Assembly (NCBI GenBank): GCA_021736985.1 | Contig: JAIPEW010000001.1 | Span: forward strand, 80,239 to 144,238 | From: Clostridiales bacterium | GTDB lineage: Bacteria; Bacillota; Desulfotomaculia; Desulfotomaculales; VENG01 | DNA length: 64,000 nucleotides | Reading direction: 5' to 3' | Shown here: piece by piece, positions 9,442 to 19,646 of the stretch | Position numbering within the stretch: position 1 is the first letter of the stretch | Layout of the letters: every line of letters begins with the position of its first letter | Position numbers and translations under genes: made by a program | Notes under the pieces: generated by a model | What the model saw: only the letters and a program-made list of their open reading frames with translations | The model's database searches: none | Told to the model about the DNA's origin: nothing

Positions 9442-9888
9442 ATGAAAATACTTATTTTAAACGGTCCAAATTTAAACCTCCTGGGGAAAAGAGAACCCGG
9501 TATTTATGGTAGTCGTGGATTGAAGCAGGTAGATGATGAAATAACATCCCTCGGGAATGAACTGGGTGTGCGGGCAGACTTTTTTCAATCCAACCATGAA
9601 GGAGAACTGGTTGACCGGCTTCACCAGGCAGGAGAAAATGAAGATGCAATAATTTTTAACCCGGGGGCTTTTACCCATTACAGTTATGCTCTCCGGGATG
9701 CGGTTGCTGCTATCAGTATTCCTTGCATAGAAATTCATCTCAGTAATATTTATGCACGTGAAGAATTTAGACATCATTCCGTGATTGCCCCGGTAGCTGC
9801 CGGGCAGATTAGCGGCCTGGGCCCGAAAGGGTATTTACTGGCTCTGAGGGCTGCAGTTTCCTTAGTAGAAAAAAGTAAAGAGGGGTAA
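9442..9888 (+). CDS. aroQ: type II 3-dehydroquinate dehydratase
   Basis: 148 aa; MKILILNGPNLNLLGKREPGIYG and IEIHLSNI signatures. Confidence 0.9.
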   Translation: MKILILNGPNLNLLGKREPGIYGSRGLKQVDDEITSLGNELGVRADFFQSNHEGELVDRLHQAGENEDAIIFNPGAFTHYSYALRDAVAAISIPCIEIHLSNIYAREEFRHHSVIAPVAAGQISGLGPKGYLLALRAAVSLVEKSKEG

Positions 9889-9890
9889 AA

Positions 9891-10967
9891 ATGAAAGACC
9901 GTATTGAAAGTTTAAAAAAAGCATTTTCCAGGATGGAAATTGATGCCCTGTTAATAAATGAGCCTAAAAACTGCATGTATCTCAGTGGATTTACGGGGTC
10001 TTTTGCTATTTTGCTGATTACACTCCAAAATGCTTATTTATTGACTGATTTTCGTTATACAGAACAGGCCGGGCAGGAGTGCCCGCATCTTGATATAGTA
10101 GAAATTGCAGGTGGTTTTTATCCCGTACTTGGTGATTTACTTGCCAGGGACGGAGCTTGCAAGTTTGGGGCAGAATCTGACTACCTTACATACCAGGAAT
10201 TTTATCACTTGAAAGAAAAAATAGGTGAATATGATTGTAAAGTTGTTCCGGTAGCTGATATTGTGAAAAAGCTCAGGGCAGTAAAAGATACTGGTGAAGT
10301 TAATGCTGTACAAAATTCTATGCAAATTTTAGATAGAGCTTTAGAATACATATCAGATAAATTATATCCCGGCAGAACTGAAAGAGATGTTTCACTTGAC
10401 CTGGAGTTTTTTACGCGGAAAAATGGTGCAGAAGAAAATGCCTTCCCATTTATAGTCGCTTCGGGTACGAGGTCATCGCTGCCCCATGGTATTGCATCTG
10501 ACAAGGTTTTAGAGAATGGTGAGCTGGTTACTATTGATTTTGGAGTGCATTGTAAAGATTATGCTTCGGACATGACTCGCACTGTAGTACTGGGAAAACC
10601 GGGCCCGAAACAGGAGGAAATATATAATATTGTACTTGAAGCCCAACAGACAGGTCTTGATGCAGTTAAAGACGGTGTCAGGGCATCTGACGTGGACCGC
10701 GCGGCAAGAGCAGTAATAGAAAAACATGGTTACGGCCAGTATTTTGGACACAGCACCGGGCATGGTGTAGGTCTAGACGTACATGAAAGTCCAAGACTTT
10801 CACAAAACAGCAGCGAAGTTTTAGAAGAAAATATGATAGTTACCGTGGAACCCGGGATATATATTCCGGGCTGGGGCGGTGTACGTATAGAAGATACTCT
10901 GGTAGTTCAAAAAGATGGCTGCAGAATATTATGCAGTTCACCCAAGGATAAACTGATTAAACTTTAA
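9891..10967 (+). CDS. Xaa-Pro aminopeptidase/dipeptidase (M24B)
   Basis: 358 aa; creatinase-like N-domain plus HSTGHGVGLDVHE and VEPGIY metal-ligand motifs; conserved aroQ-pepP-efp order. Confidence 0.85.
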   Translation: MKDRIESLKKAFSRMEIDALLINEPKNCMYLSGFTGSFAILLITLQNAYLLTDFRYTEQAGQECPHLDIVEIAGGFYPVLGDLLARDGACKFGAESDYLTYQEFYHLKEKIGEYDCKVVPVADIVKKLRAVKDTGEVNAVQNSMQILDRALEYISDKLYPGRTERDVSLDLEFFTRKNGAEENAFPFIVASGTRSSLPHGIASDKVLENGELVTIDFGVHCKDYASDMTRTVVLGKPGPKQEEIYNIVLEAQQTGLDAVKDGVRASDVDRAARAVIEKHGYGQYFGHSTGHGVGLDVHESPRLSQNSSEVLEENMIVTVEPGIYIPGWGGVRIEDTLVVQKDGCRILCSSPKDKLIKL

Positions 10968-10999
10968 GTAGATTGAAGAATGACAGGGGGGCATAATAA

Positions 11000-11557
11000 A
11001 TGATCTCTACAAATGATTTAAAAACGGGCCTGACAATCGAAATAGATGGTCAACCTTGCCAGGTACTTGATTTTCAGCATGTAAAGCCTGGTAAAGGCGC
11101 TGCTTTTGTAAGGTCTAAATTGAAAAATCTTCAGACCGGTGCAGTTATTGAAAAAACTTTTAATTCAGCAGAAAAAATACCCAAGGCTCATATAGAAAAA
11201 AAAGAAGTGCAGTATCTTTATAGTGACGGCCAAAATTATAATTTTATGGACATGGAAACCTATGACCAGTTTGATATGGATACCGGTCAACTGGGGAATG
11301 CTGTTAATTTTCTCAAGGAAAATATGAATATAAGCATATTGCTGTATAAAGAGATTACTATAGGAATTGATTTGCCTAACTTTGTGGAACTGGCTGTTAA
11401 CGAAACTTCTCCCGGGGTAAAGGGTGACACTGTTTCCGGCGGAACTAAACCTGCTACAACGGAAACGGGTTATGTTGTGCAAGTCCCTTTTTTCGTGGAA
11501 GAAGGGGATATATTGCAGATAGATACTCGTACAGGGCATTACATAAAGAGAGTTTAG
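11000..11557 (+). CDS. efp: elongation factor P
   Basis: 185 aa; [16 protein letters not shown] loop and full-length EF-P similarity. Confidence 0.95.
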   Translation: MISTNDLKTGLTIEIDGQPCQVLDFQHVKPGKGAAFVRSKLKNLQTGAVIEKTFNSAEKIPKAHIEKKEVQYLYSDGQNYNFMDMETYDQFDMDTGQLGNAVNFLKENMNISILLYKEITIGIDLPNFVELAVNETSPGVKGDTVSGGTKPATTETGYVVQVPFFVEEGDILQIDTRTGHYIKRV

Positions 11558-11654
11558 AATACAATAATGAGATAAGTGTTTAAAAATCCCCCTAAAGAGA
11601 AATAATACAAAAGCACATGTAATACGGCAATATTCTAACAAGGGGGTTATGTTA

Positions 11655-12092
11655 ATGCAGGATTTATCAAGTAAAGCTGCCTATCTCCAGGGATTATGTA
11701 AAGGGATGAATATAGATCCCAACACCAACGAAGGTAAGCTCTTAACAAACGTAGTTGACGTTTTAGGAGATTTTGCCAGTGCAATAGATGAGATGGAGAA
11801 GGCATACCTGCATATAGAAGATTACATGGAAAGCATGGATGACGATCTTTACCAGCTAGAGGACAATATTTGCGAAGAAAACGGGGAATTGGCAGAAGGC
11901 AATTACCTGGAGGTGAATTGCCCGGGTTGTGGTGAAACTGTATGTTTTAATGCCGTGGATTTAGATGATGAAGATACCGTGGAAGTGACCTGCCCCAATT
12001 GTAATACAATAGTTTTTACAAACGAAGGTAATTATATAACAGAAGCGTCAGAACAATTTGAGCCGGCTACCAGGGCAGGCGCGGAAAGCTAG
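11655..12092 (+). CDS. hypothetical zinc-ribbon protein
   Basis: ATG 11655 lies 8 nt after AAGGGGG; C-terminal CPGCG...CPNCN double CxxC; acidic. Confidence 0.5.
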   Translation: MQDLSSKAAYLQGLCKGMNIDPNTNEGKLLTNVVDVLGDFASAIDEMEKAYLHIEDYMESMDDDLYQLEDNICEENGELAEGNYLEVNCPGCGETVCFNAVDLDDEDTVEVTCPNCNTIVFTNEGNYITEASEQFEPATRAGAES

Positions 12093-12241
12093 TAAGAGCG
12101 GCTCCTATACAGGAGTCGTTTTTTTAGTATCAACTTGACTTTACTAAATATTACAATGTAAACTATGAATGGATTTCCTTTAATTTGTAGAATAATTAAT
12201 TAAATACTTATAATAAGCAAGAAAAGAAAGGCGGGGAAGAT

Positions 12242-13924
12242 ATGAGCAAAAAAATAGTGATAATTGGTGGCGTAGCAGCGGGCCCCAAAGCTGCTGCCCG
12301 GGCTCGCAGGGTTGATCCGAATGCTGAAATTACTATAGTAGAGCGCGACAGCTATGTATCTTATGCAGGTTGCGGCATGCCTTATTACTTGTCTGGAGAA
12401 GTGTCTGAATTCAAAAAATTATTTGAAACAACTTACGGTGTGATCAGGGATCATGATTTTTTTAAGAAGGAAAAAGGCTGTGATTTATATACCAGGACAG
12501 AAGCAAAATCTATAGATCGTGAAAAAAAAGAAGTAGTATTGGAAAACCTGGATACCGGTGAACAATTTACCCTACCTTATGATAAGTTAATTATTGCAAC
12601 CGGGGCGTCTCCTGTAATGCCTCAAATTGAAGGAACTAATTTTAAAGGTGTGCATATCTTAAATAATCCCGGTGATGTACAAGCTATAAAACAGTCCCTG
12701 GAAGAAGTGGACGGTGAAGAAGCTGTAGTTATAGGAGGAGGGAGTGTCGGGCTGGAAGTTGTGGATGCCCTTTCCAAAAACTATATGTTTACAACCATGG
12801 TAACAAGGTCCCGTATATTAGGTGGTATGTTGGATATAGATATGGCTGAGCGGATGCAAAAGAAACTGGAAGATGCTGATGTAGAAATGAAAACAGGGCA
12901 AAAAGTTTTACGTATTGAAGGTGACGATGAAGGTAAAATTAGCCGTGTAGTAACCGAACAGGAGGAATTGGACTGTGATATTGCAGTAATTGCTGTTGGA
13001 AAAGAACCCAATACCGCATTAGCCGTGGAAGCCGGGCTGGAAATTGGTGAAACCGGTGCTGTAGCAGTGAATGAATACCTGCAAACCAGCGACCCGGATA
13101 TCTATGCCCTGGGTGACTGCAGTGAAACTACACATATTATGACCGGGGAAAAAATATATTTCCCGACAGCTTCAGTTGCCAACCGCCAGGGGCGGGCAGC
13201 AGGTACCAATGCTGCAGGCGGAAGTGAAGCTTTTAAAGGTGTTTTAGGAACTGAGCTTATGTATACCATGGAATATAACGTTGGAAGTACAGGGTTAAGT
13301 GAAGAAAAAGCACTCCAGCAAGGATATTCTGTGGGAACAGCTACAATTAACACTCATGACCGCCCGCATTTTTATCCAGTGCACGGTATGGTTGTTATGA
13401 AGTATATATATGACCAGAATACGGGAAGGTTGCTCGGGGCCCAGGCTTTTGGAGACGGTGATGCAGCTAAAAGAATTAGTCTTCTGGCAGCAGCTATTAC
13501 CTTTGGTGCTACCGTGGAACAGATGGCTGAACTGGACCTGGGATACGCTCCACCATACTCTAATCCACTCGATGTAGCCCAACACACGGCTAATATCTGT
13601 CGCAACAAGATGTCCGGTGTTGCTCGTACCATGACTGTACAACAATTAAAAGAAAAAATGGATGCAGGTGAAGACTTTGTTATACTAGATGTTCGGCTGG
13701 AAGAGCAGTATAACATGAGACATCTTAAAGACAGCAGAGTTAAGTTAATTGATTTGAGTACCCTGCAAGAAAGGATAAATGAAATTCCTACCGGTAAAGA
13801 AATAGTTGTTGTTTGTGCTCTGGGTACCCGGAGCTATGAAGCTTACCGCATGCTGGTTGGTGCTGGTTTTGAGAATATAACTTTCTTAGAAACAGGTCTG
13901 CAAGGATGGCCGTACGAACTTTAA
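12242..13924 (+). CDS. CoA-disulfide reductase/NADH oxidase-family flavoprotein with C-terminal rhodanese domain
   Basis: 560 aa; GGVAAGPKAA FAD fold, redox Cys in SYAGCGMPYY, second GGGSVGLE NAD fold, rhodanese CALGTRS loop. Confidence 0.8.
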   Translation: MSKKIVIIGGVAAGPKAAARARRVDPNAEITIVERDSYVSYAGCGMPYYLSGEVSEFKKLFETTYGVIRDHDFFKKEKGCDLYTRTEAKSIDREKKEVVLENLDTGEQFTLPYDKLIIATGASPVMPQIEGTNFKGVHILNNPGDVQAIKQSLEEVDGEEAVVIGGGSVGLEVVDALSKNYMFTTMVTRSRILGGMLDIDMAERMQKKLEDADVEMKTGQKVLRIEGDDEGKISRVVTEQEELDCDIAVIAVGKEPNTALAVEAGLEIGETGAVAVNEYLQTSDPDIYALGDCSETTHIMTGEKIYFPTASVANRQGRAAGTNAAGGSEAFKGVLGTELMYTMEYNVGSTGLSEEKALQQGYSVGTATINTHDRPHFYPVHGMVVMKYIYDQNTGRLLGAQAFGDGDAAKRISLLAAAITFGATVEQMAELDLGYAPPYSNPLDVAQHTANICRNKMSGVARTMTVQQLKEKMDAGEDFVILDVRLEEQYNMRHLKDSRVKLIDLSTLQERINEIPTGKEIVVVCALGTRSYEAYRMLVGAGFENITFLETGLQGWPYEL

Positions 13925-14047
13925 TCGGTTCAAATCGCTCTCTCCGGGTCAACGGCAAGTTTAATAGTTTTCATTTTAACCGGAGGATCGTGTGCATTTA
14001 ATCAGGAGTCTCTGGTTTAAACTGTAGTTATAACCTGCAAACTCAAA

Positions 14048-14246
14048 GGGCCGGGAGATTTCCGGAAGGCAGCGGAGTCTGGGTGCGCTGCATAGCCCGT
14101 CATTTGCGAAGTGTGATGTGGGAGGTGGGAAGTGTGACAATTTGGCGTAGACTTTTTCTTTTTCCCATCTTTAATTTCCCACTTCTTTGCCCGTTGCCCG
14201 GTCCTTCACTAAACTGTTAGAAGAGTTTTCATACTTTTTTGTAAGC
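14048..14246 (+). repeat. family A full-length copy A3 (L module, long imperfect hairpin core, R module)
   Basis: 14048-14103 differs from 981-1034 at only a couple of positions; the core CATTTGCGAAGTGTGATGTGGGAGGTGGGAAGTGTGAC...TTTCCCATCTTTAATTTCCCACTTC is shared with 41812-41910; R module ACTGTTAGAAGAGTTTTCATACTTTTTTGTAAGC. Confidence 0.9.
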
Positions 14247-14268
14247 AGATTTCCTGGTTTTAAATTTG

Positions 14269-14301
14269 CCTACCTTAAAAATTTTTAAGGTAGGTTTTTT
14301 T
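14269..14301 (+). terminator. rho-independent terminator
   Basis: CCTACCTTA / TAAGGTAGG stem followed by TTTTTTT. Confidence 0.7.
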
Positions 14302-14313
14302 ATGTGTTTTAAA

Positions 14314-14342
14314 GCATATTTTACCAGTTAGTGCCATAAATA
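14314..14342 (+). promoter_or_regulatory. candidate sigma-E-type promoter of the spoIIIA operon
   Basis: GCATATT-14 nt-CATAAATA matches the mother-cell sigma-E consensus (kmATATT-14-CATAcAmT); ~75 nt upstream of spoIIIAA. Confidence 0.45.
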
Positions 14343-14416
14343 TTTTATCAGAAAAGCTATCTTTTACCCCTGTTAATACACAGGATAAAGAAGTGGTAAA
14401 AGTAGGAGGGAAACAT

Positions 14417-15427
14417 ATGCAGGTTGACTCTTATTCCCAGGATATACCCGGTTTTGCTTTTAAGCAGGTTCTATCTATATTGCCTGTGAACCTGGGAGAT
14501 ATCATAAAAAGGTTGCCTGAAAAATACATAAGTAATCTAGAAGAAATACGACTTCGCCAGGGGCGCCCCTTGCTGCTGGGTTTCAATAATGGTGATAAAT
14601 ATTTGACTGCTAACGGGGAACTGGTTAGCGAGCCCAACATTTCTTATATTATAACTGTAGAAGATATACAAAGAGTAACTAGATTGGTTAGCAAATCATC
14701 CTTGTATGCACTGGAAGAAGAATTAAAAAATGGCTATATTACCCTGCCGGGAGGCTGCAGGGTAGGGCTTACAGGCAAAGTAGTCATGGACGGTGAAAAG
14801 GTCAAAACCATTAAATATATTTCCGGGCTAAATATAAGAATATCCCGTGAAGTAAAAGGGATAGCTGAAAAGCTGCTGCCTTACCTGTTGGACAAAAATA
14901 AAAATGTAAGGCATACATTATTGTTATCACCCCCGAGGTGCGGTAAGACAACATTGCTCAGGGACTTAGTCCGTTTGTTGAGCACCGGTATGCCTGCTAT
15001 TAAGTATTCAGGGACTACTGTAGGCCTGGTAGACGAGCGTTCGGAAATAGCCGGGTGCTACTGCGGTGTTCCCCAGAAAGATGTGGGAACTCGGACTGAT
15101 GTGCTTGACGGGTGCCCGAAGGCACAGGGAATGATGATGTTATTGAGGGCAATGGGGCCCAACGTACTGGCTGCAGACGAAATTGGTAAGCAAGAAGATG
15201 TAAAAGTTATAGAGGAAGTAATAAATGCAGGAGTGTCCCTTTTATTTACAGTACATGGTTCTACCCTGGAAGAAATAACTCAACGGCCTGCTCTTGAATA
15301 TCTTTTCAACTTAAAAGTAATAGAAAGATTTGTTATACTCGGTCGTTCACGCGGAGTAGGAACTATAGAAGATATAAAGTGTGGAAGTACTGGTAAAACC
15401 CTGGGAGGGAGAATATGTTCAAGCTGA
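14417..15427 (+). CDS. spoIIIAA: stage III sporulation protein AA (ATPase)
   Basis: ATG 14417 after AGGAGGG; Walker A SPPRCGKTTLLRD; first gene of an eight-gene spoIIIA array. Confidence 0.9.
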   Translation: MQVDSYSQDIPGFAFKQVLSILPVNLGDIIKRLPEKYISNLEEIRLRQGRPLLLGFNNGDKYLTANGELVSEPNISYIITVEDIQRVTRLVSKSSLYALEEELKNGYITLPGGCRVGLTGKVVMDGEKVKTIKYISGLNIRISREVKGIAEKLLPYLLDKNKNVRHTLLLSPPRCGKTTLLRDLVRLLSTGMPAIKYSGTTVGLVDERSEIAGCYCGVPQKDVGTRTDVLDGCPKAQGMMMLLRAMGPNVLAADEIGKQEDVKVIEEVINAGVSLLFTVHGSTLEEITQRPALEYLFNLKVIERFVILGRSRGVGTIEDIKCGSTGKTLGGRICSS

Positions 15428-15930
15428 TCGGTGCTCTAATGATTGTCAGCTGTACAGGTATTATGGGCATGATCAAGGCCAGGGAATATGCGATGCGCCC
15501 GCGGGAACTCCGCAGTATGCAGTCTGCTCTTCAGATGTTGGAAACCGAGATAATTTACGGTGCTACGCCTCTACCTGAAGCACTGGAATATGTTGCGGAG
15601 CGCTGTGAAAAAAATATTTCCCGGCTTTTTAGACAGGTTGAACAAGAACTAATTGTTTCCCATGGATGTACAGTTAAGGAAGCATGGGACCGGGCTTTAT
15701 ATTTATATGCTCCACCGTTTTTTCAAAAAGGAGATACAAGTATTTTAAGTCAACTGGGTAACTGTTTAGGAATGTCAGACCGGGAAGATCAATCAAAACA
15801 CCTGCACCTGGCCATGGAGCAATTAAAATTAGAAACTACCAGCGCAAAAGAAAAGGCAAAATCTCAAGTTAAGTTGTGGAATTACATGGGATTTTTAGCT
15901 GGTTTGATGATAGTAACAATCCTTTATTAA
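15415..15930 (+). CDS. spoIIIAB: stage III sporulation protein AB
   Basis: 171 aa with N- and C-terminal TM; overlaps the spoIIIAA stop; operon position. Confidence 0.85.
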   Translation: MFKLIGALMIVSCTGIMGMIKAREYAMRPRELRSMQSALQMLETEIIYGATPLPEALEYVAERCEKNISRLFRQVEQELIVSHGCTVKEAWDRALYLYAPPFFQKGDTSILSQLGNCLGMSDREDQSKHLHLAMEQLKLETTSAKEKAKSQVKLWNYMGFLAGLMIVTILY

Positions 15931-15943
15931 GGAGGTTGGACTT

Positions 15944-16141
15944 GTGGATGTAGATATAATTTTCAAAATTGTTGGCATAGGAATACTTCTAGCTGTTTCC
16001 CATACAATTTTAAAATCGGCGGGTAAAGAAGAAATAGGCTTTTGGACTACTACGGTTGGCATAGCTGTAGCACTTCTCCTGGTAGTGGAGATGCTTGGGG
16101 AACTATTCAACCAGGTGAGGTCGGTGTTTAAACTTTTCTAA
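15944..16141 (+). CDS. spoIIIAC: stage III sporulation protein AC
   Basis: 65-aa two-TM protein; GTG start 8 nt after GGAGG; operon position. Confidence 0.85.
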   Translation: MDVDIIFKIVGIGILLAVSHTILKSAGKEEIGFWTTTVGIAVALLLVVEMLGELFNQVRSVFKLF

Positions 16142-16154
16142 ACGGGGTGGCAGC

Positions 16155-16541
16155 ATGGAGATCATATCTATTGTAGGACTTGCTATGGTTGCTGCAGTTA
16201 TGGGAGTCATGTTAAGGCAGAGTAAGCCTGAAATGGCAGTTATATTAAGTATAGTTGTAGGAATAGTTATTTTTACAGTTATACTGGGTAAAATCGGCTC
16301 AGTTTTTGATATTTTAAGGCAGCTTGCGGCAAAAGCAGAAATAAGCAATATATACCTGGGAACTATACTCAAAATAGTTGGCATTGCTTATATAGCTGAT
16401 TTCGGGGCCCAGATATGCAGGGATGCAGGGGAAGGGGCAGTAGCTACCAAGATTGAGCTTGCCGCTAAAATAATAGTGCTTGTTTTAGCAGTCCCTATTG
16501 TTGTTACTGTGCTTCAATCCCTGTTAAAGCTGGTGCCTTAA
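16155..16541 (+). CDS. spoIIIAD: stage III sporulation protein AD
   Basis: 128-aa polytopic membrane protein; operon position. Confidence 0.85.
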   Translation: MEIISIVGLAMVAAVMGVMLRQSKPEMAVILSIVVGIVIFTVILGKIGSVFDILRQLAAKAEISNIYLGTILKIVGIAYIADFGAQICRDAGEGAVATKIELAAKIIVLVLAVPIVVTVLQSLLKLVP

Positions 16542-16548
16542 AGGGGGG

Positions 16549-17721
16549 ATGCCCGTGTACAAAAGATGCTGCCGGCTGCTCTTATTTTTAACTATATTAC
16601 TACACTTATTTCCTCTTACGGCGTATGCAGCTGATAAAGCAGTGGACGAGCAGCTTTCGGAATTAGATATGTCTAAAGTCCAAAAGTTTGTTAATCAATT
16701 GGATTCCGAAATTACCGGTGCAGTACCTGAACTTAATTTTAAAGATTTAGTTACTAAAATTGCTTCCCGGGATATAGAGTTAAAGCCTGTAGAATTATTT
16801 AAAAAATGTATTAAATATATTTTCCGGGAAGTGGTGGCTAATTTTTCGCTGCTTGGAAAACTGGTTATATTGGCTGTAATATGTGCGGTGCTGCAAAACC
16901 TTAGTTCCGCTTTTGAAAAAGGAACCACCGGCCAGCTGACTTACATGGTAACCTTTTTAGTCCTAATAACAATCGCTTTAGGCTCATTCGGACTAGCAGT
17001 GCAGTGCGGGCGGGAAGTTGTAGACAAAATGGTTACTTTTATGCAGGCACTCCTTCCTGTCATGTTGACCCTTTTAGTGGCAGTAGGAGGAGTTACTTCT
17101 GCGGCAATTATCCATCCTGTGATTTTTGTAACCATAACCGCTATAGGCACAATTATCAAGAATGTAATACTTCCACTTATTTTCTTTTCTGCTGTACTGG
17201 ATATTGTAAGCAGTCTTTCCTCGCAATTTAAGGTATCACAGTTGGGAGGGTTAATGAAAACTGCAGCAATGAGTATTATGGGACTCATGACCACTATTTT
17301 CCTTGGCATTCTTTCTATACAGGGAGCTGCCGGGGCAATAGGAGACAGTGTTGCCCTGAGAACTGCAAAATTTGCTGCCGGTACGTTTATTCCGGTAGTA
17401 GGTGGGATGTTTAGTAATGCACTGGAAGCAGTGATTGGTTCTTCGCTGCTGCTCAAAAATGCCGTGGGTATCGGTGGACTTATCGTTATAAGCCTGTTGA
17501 TGGTTATTCCCCTTTTAAAAATTATTTCCCTGGCCTTTATTTACAAACTTGCAGGTGCATTAATCCAACCGGTAGGAGATAGCCAGACGGGAAATTGCCT
17601 CAACAGCCTGGGAAATAGCCTCATTACAATTTTTGCTGCCGTGGCAACAGTAGGATTGATGTTTTTCTTTGCTGTCACTATTGTGTTGGGGCTGGGCAAT
17701 CTAACGGTAATGATGAGATAA
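16549..17721 (+). CDS. spoIIIAE: stage III sporulation protein AE
   Basis: 390 aa; signal peptide plus ~7 TM; operon position. Confidence 0.85.
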   Translation: MPVYKRCCRLLLFLTILLHLFPLTAYAADKAVDEQLSELDMSKVQKFVNQLDSEITGAVPELNFKDLVTKIASRDIELKPVELFKKCIKYIFREVVANFSLLGKLVILAVICAVLQNLSSAFEKGTTGQLTYMVTFLVLITIALGSFGLAVQCGREVVDKMVTFMQALLPVMLTLLVAVGGVTSAAIIHPVIFVTITAIGTIIKNVILPLIFFSAVLDIVSSLSSQFKVSQLGGLMKTAAMSIMGLMTTIFLGILSIQGAAGAIGDSVALRTAKFAAGTFIPVVGGMFSNALEAVIGSSLLLKNAVGIGGLIVISLLMVIPLLKIISLAFIYKLAGALIQPVGDSQTGNCLNSLGNSLITIFAAVATVGLMFFFAVTIVLGLGNLTVMMR

Positions 17722-17723
17722 GG

Positions 17724-18380
17724 GTGAGAATAATGGATATTATAAAAGACCTGGTGCAGACACTGATTATTATTGTAGTACTAGCTGTATTTCTGGAGAT
17801 GCTGCTACCCCAGGGAAATATGAATCCTTACGTAAAAATGGTCATGGGGCTTTTAATAATAATTGCAGTCCTTCATGCCATAAGTGGTTTGCTGCAGCAA
17901 AATTGGCTCAGCAGTGTTCCTGATGTAACTGCTGGCAGTAAAGCTAACAGTCCGCCGGTAGAAGAAATAATTGATAATGGGAAAAAAATACAGTCAAAAA
18001 ATAAAGATCTGGCACTGGAAAAGTACCGCAGCGGCATTGCCTGCCAGGTAAAGTCCATGGCCGGGTTAAATCCCCAAATAGACGTGGTGGACGTTAAAGT
18101 CTTACTTGACGATAGTGGTGGAAAAGCAAGGAAAATAAATATAAAAAGCATTATAATGGTCGTTGCTTCCAAGAAACATGATCACGAGGATGAAGCTGGT
18201 TCAATTCCACCCGTGGAAATAAATGTGGGTGAACCAGAACGGGCCTGCGATACATCTCCGAAAATTACTTCTGAAACAAAAAAGGCAGCTAAAAAAACTG
18301 CTGCTTCAATAGCTGATTTTTATAATCTTTCAACCGATAAAGTATTAATAGAATACCAGGTTATGGAGGGAGGGCGGTAG
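17724..18380 (+). CDS. spoIIIAF: stage III sporulation protein AF
   Basis: 218 aa; two N-terminal TM; operon position. Confidence 0.75.
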   Translation: MRIMDIIKDLVQTLIIIVVLAVFLEMLLPQGNMNPYVKMVMGLLIIIAVLHAISGLLQQNWLSSVPDVTAGSKANSPPVEEIIDNGKKIQSKNKDLALEKYRSGIACQVKSMAGLNPQIDVVDVKVLLDDSGGKARKINIKSIIMVVASKKHDHEDEAGSIPPVEINVGEPERACDTSPKITSETKKAAKKTAASIADFYNLSTDKVLIEYQVMEGGR

Positions 18381-18381
18381 G

Positions 18382-18975
18382 TTGAACTTTAACTGGGATA
18401 ATTTGAAGAAAATAAATAAAAAGCACTGGGGATTGATTGCACTGGGGCTATTAGGTGTAGCAATGCTAGTATTTAGTCCTTCTGACGACAGCGGCGTAGA
18501 TAAAACAAAAAAAAATGTAGAACCTAAAAAAGCTAATACTACAGGTGAAATAAATACTCAAATAGCAAAAAAAGAAAAAGCATTAGCATATAAGTTAGAA
18601 AATATGATTAGTACAATAAAAGGGGCCGGAGAGGTGAAGGTTTCAGTAAGAATTGCTAAATCCAAGTGTTCGCAGTATGCCCTGGACAAGGATAGCAATA
18701 AGAAAGTTACCCGGGAAGAAGACCAGTCCGGGGGGACAAGGACTACTACGGAAACACGTAAAAATGAAAAGATAGTGGTGGTACAGGGCAACGAAGGAGG
18801 CGAAAAGCCTCTTATTGAGAAAGAAACAACACCTGAAATAGATGGTGTGCTGGTGATTGCAGATGGGGCATCCAGGCCGGAAATTAAATCTCGCATATTC
18901 AATGCTGTAAAAGTAGCCCTGGGAGTCGAACCTCATAAAGTAATGGTATTTGCCATGGAAAGGAATGAGGGGTGA
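18382..18975 (+). CDS. spoIIIAG: stage III sporulation protein AG
   Basis: 197 aa; N-terminal TM and conserved IDGVLVIADGA ring-building motif region. Confidence 0.8.
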   Translation: MNFNWDNLKKINKKHWGLIALGLLGVAMLVFSPSDDSGVDKTKKNVEPKKANTTGEINTQIAKKEKALAYKLENMISTIKGAGEVKVSVRIAKSKCSQYALDKDSNKKVTREEDQSGGTRTTTETRKNEKIVVVQGNEGGEKPLIEKETTPEIDGVLVIADGASRPEIKSRIFNAVKVALGVEPHKVMVFAMERNEG

Positions 18976-19580
18976 TGTTAAAGATTATAAGGATTCATAA
19001 ATCAACCATAGTTCTTAGTTTTCTCACTCTACTAGGTATAATTTTTTTGGTGTTAGGCTGGAGTAAAATACCTCAAAAATTAATGAAAGGCGGTGAAAAG
19101 GTAGCTCCAGCTGCAATAGTAGCAGAAAATAACTGGGAGGATACTAACCGTGAAAATAAGGGAAGTGAGAGCAAGCGAGATGCCAGTATGATTAATATGC
19201 AAGAAGCAAATGCTGAAAGCACGGACAGTTATTTTATTAATTACCGCCTCAAGCGGCAGCGCATGCGAAGTGAAAGGCTGGAACTGTTGCGAGAAATTAT
19301 TAACAATCCATCTGCTGAAAAGGATTCCAGTAAAAAAGCAAGGGAATCTGTGCTTTCTATTAGTAAAAATATGGCCAGAGAAACGGAATTAGAAAACTTA
19401 ATACGTGCCAAGGGGTTTGATGATGCAGTGGTATTTTTACAGCCGGATAGCCTTCATGTTGTAGTAAAAGCTGAAAAATTAAGTCCTGAAGAGGCTGAGC
19501 GCATTTGTGATATGGCATCTAGGACTACCGGTACTTCAAAACAGGATATTGTAATCATACCCAGAGTACCGGGAAATTGA
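18972..19580 (+). CDS. spoIIIAH: stage III sporulation protein AH
   Basis: 202 aa; N-terminal TM, YFINYRLKRQRMRSE motif, last gene of the array. Confidence 0.75.
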   Translation: MMLKIIRIHKSTIVLSFLTLLGIIFLVLGWSKIPQKLMKGGEKVAPAAIVAENNWEDTNRENKGSESKRDASMINMQEANAESTDSYFINYRLKRQRMRSERLELLREIINNPSAEKDSSKKARESVLSISKNMARETELENLIRAKGFDDAVVFLQPDSLHVVVKAEKLSPEEAERICDMASRTTGTSKQDIVIIPRVPGN

Positions 19581-19646
19581 TATGATTGCAATGATTTCCG
19601 AAACTTGGTACAATAAAATTATATTTATTCTGGGGAGGGTCTTTTT

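Noticed and set aside
13925-14047. A possible additional degenerate family B copy or terminator between the flavoprotein gene and repeat A3
   Set aside because: Only short patches (CTCTCCGG..., CTGGTTT) resemble B or the A4 upstream flank. The alignment is too weak to call without a computed comparison.
15381-15578. 65-aa + strand ORF overlapping the spoIIIAA/spoIIIAB junction
   Set aside because: It is an alternative frame of two well-supported genes, has no independent RBS, and has implausible composition.
16941-17456. 171-aa minus-strand ORF inside spoIIIAE. Similar antisense ORFs occur at 33702..34295 in recN, 44172..44786 in korC, 44717..45205 in the peptidase and 51375..51827 in pdp
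   Set aside because: All are antisense to CDSs with clear family motifs and operon context. They are typical shadow ORFs of biased-codon genes.
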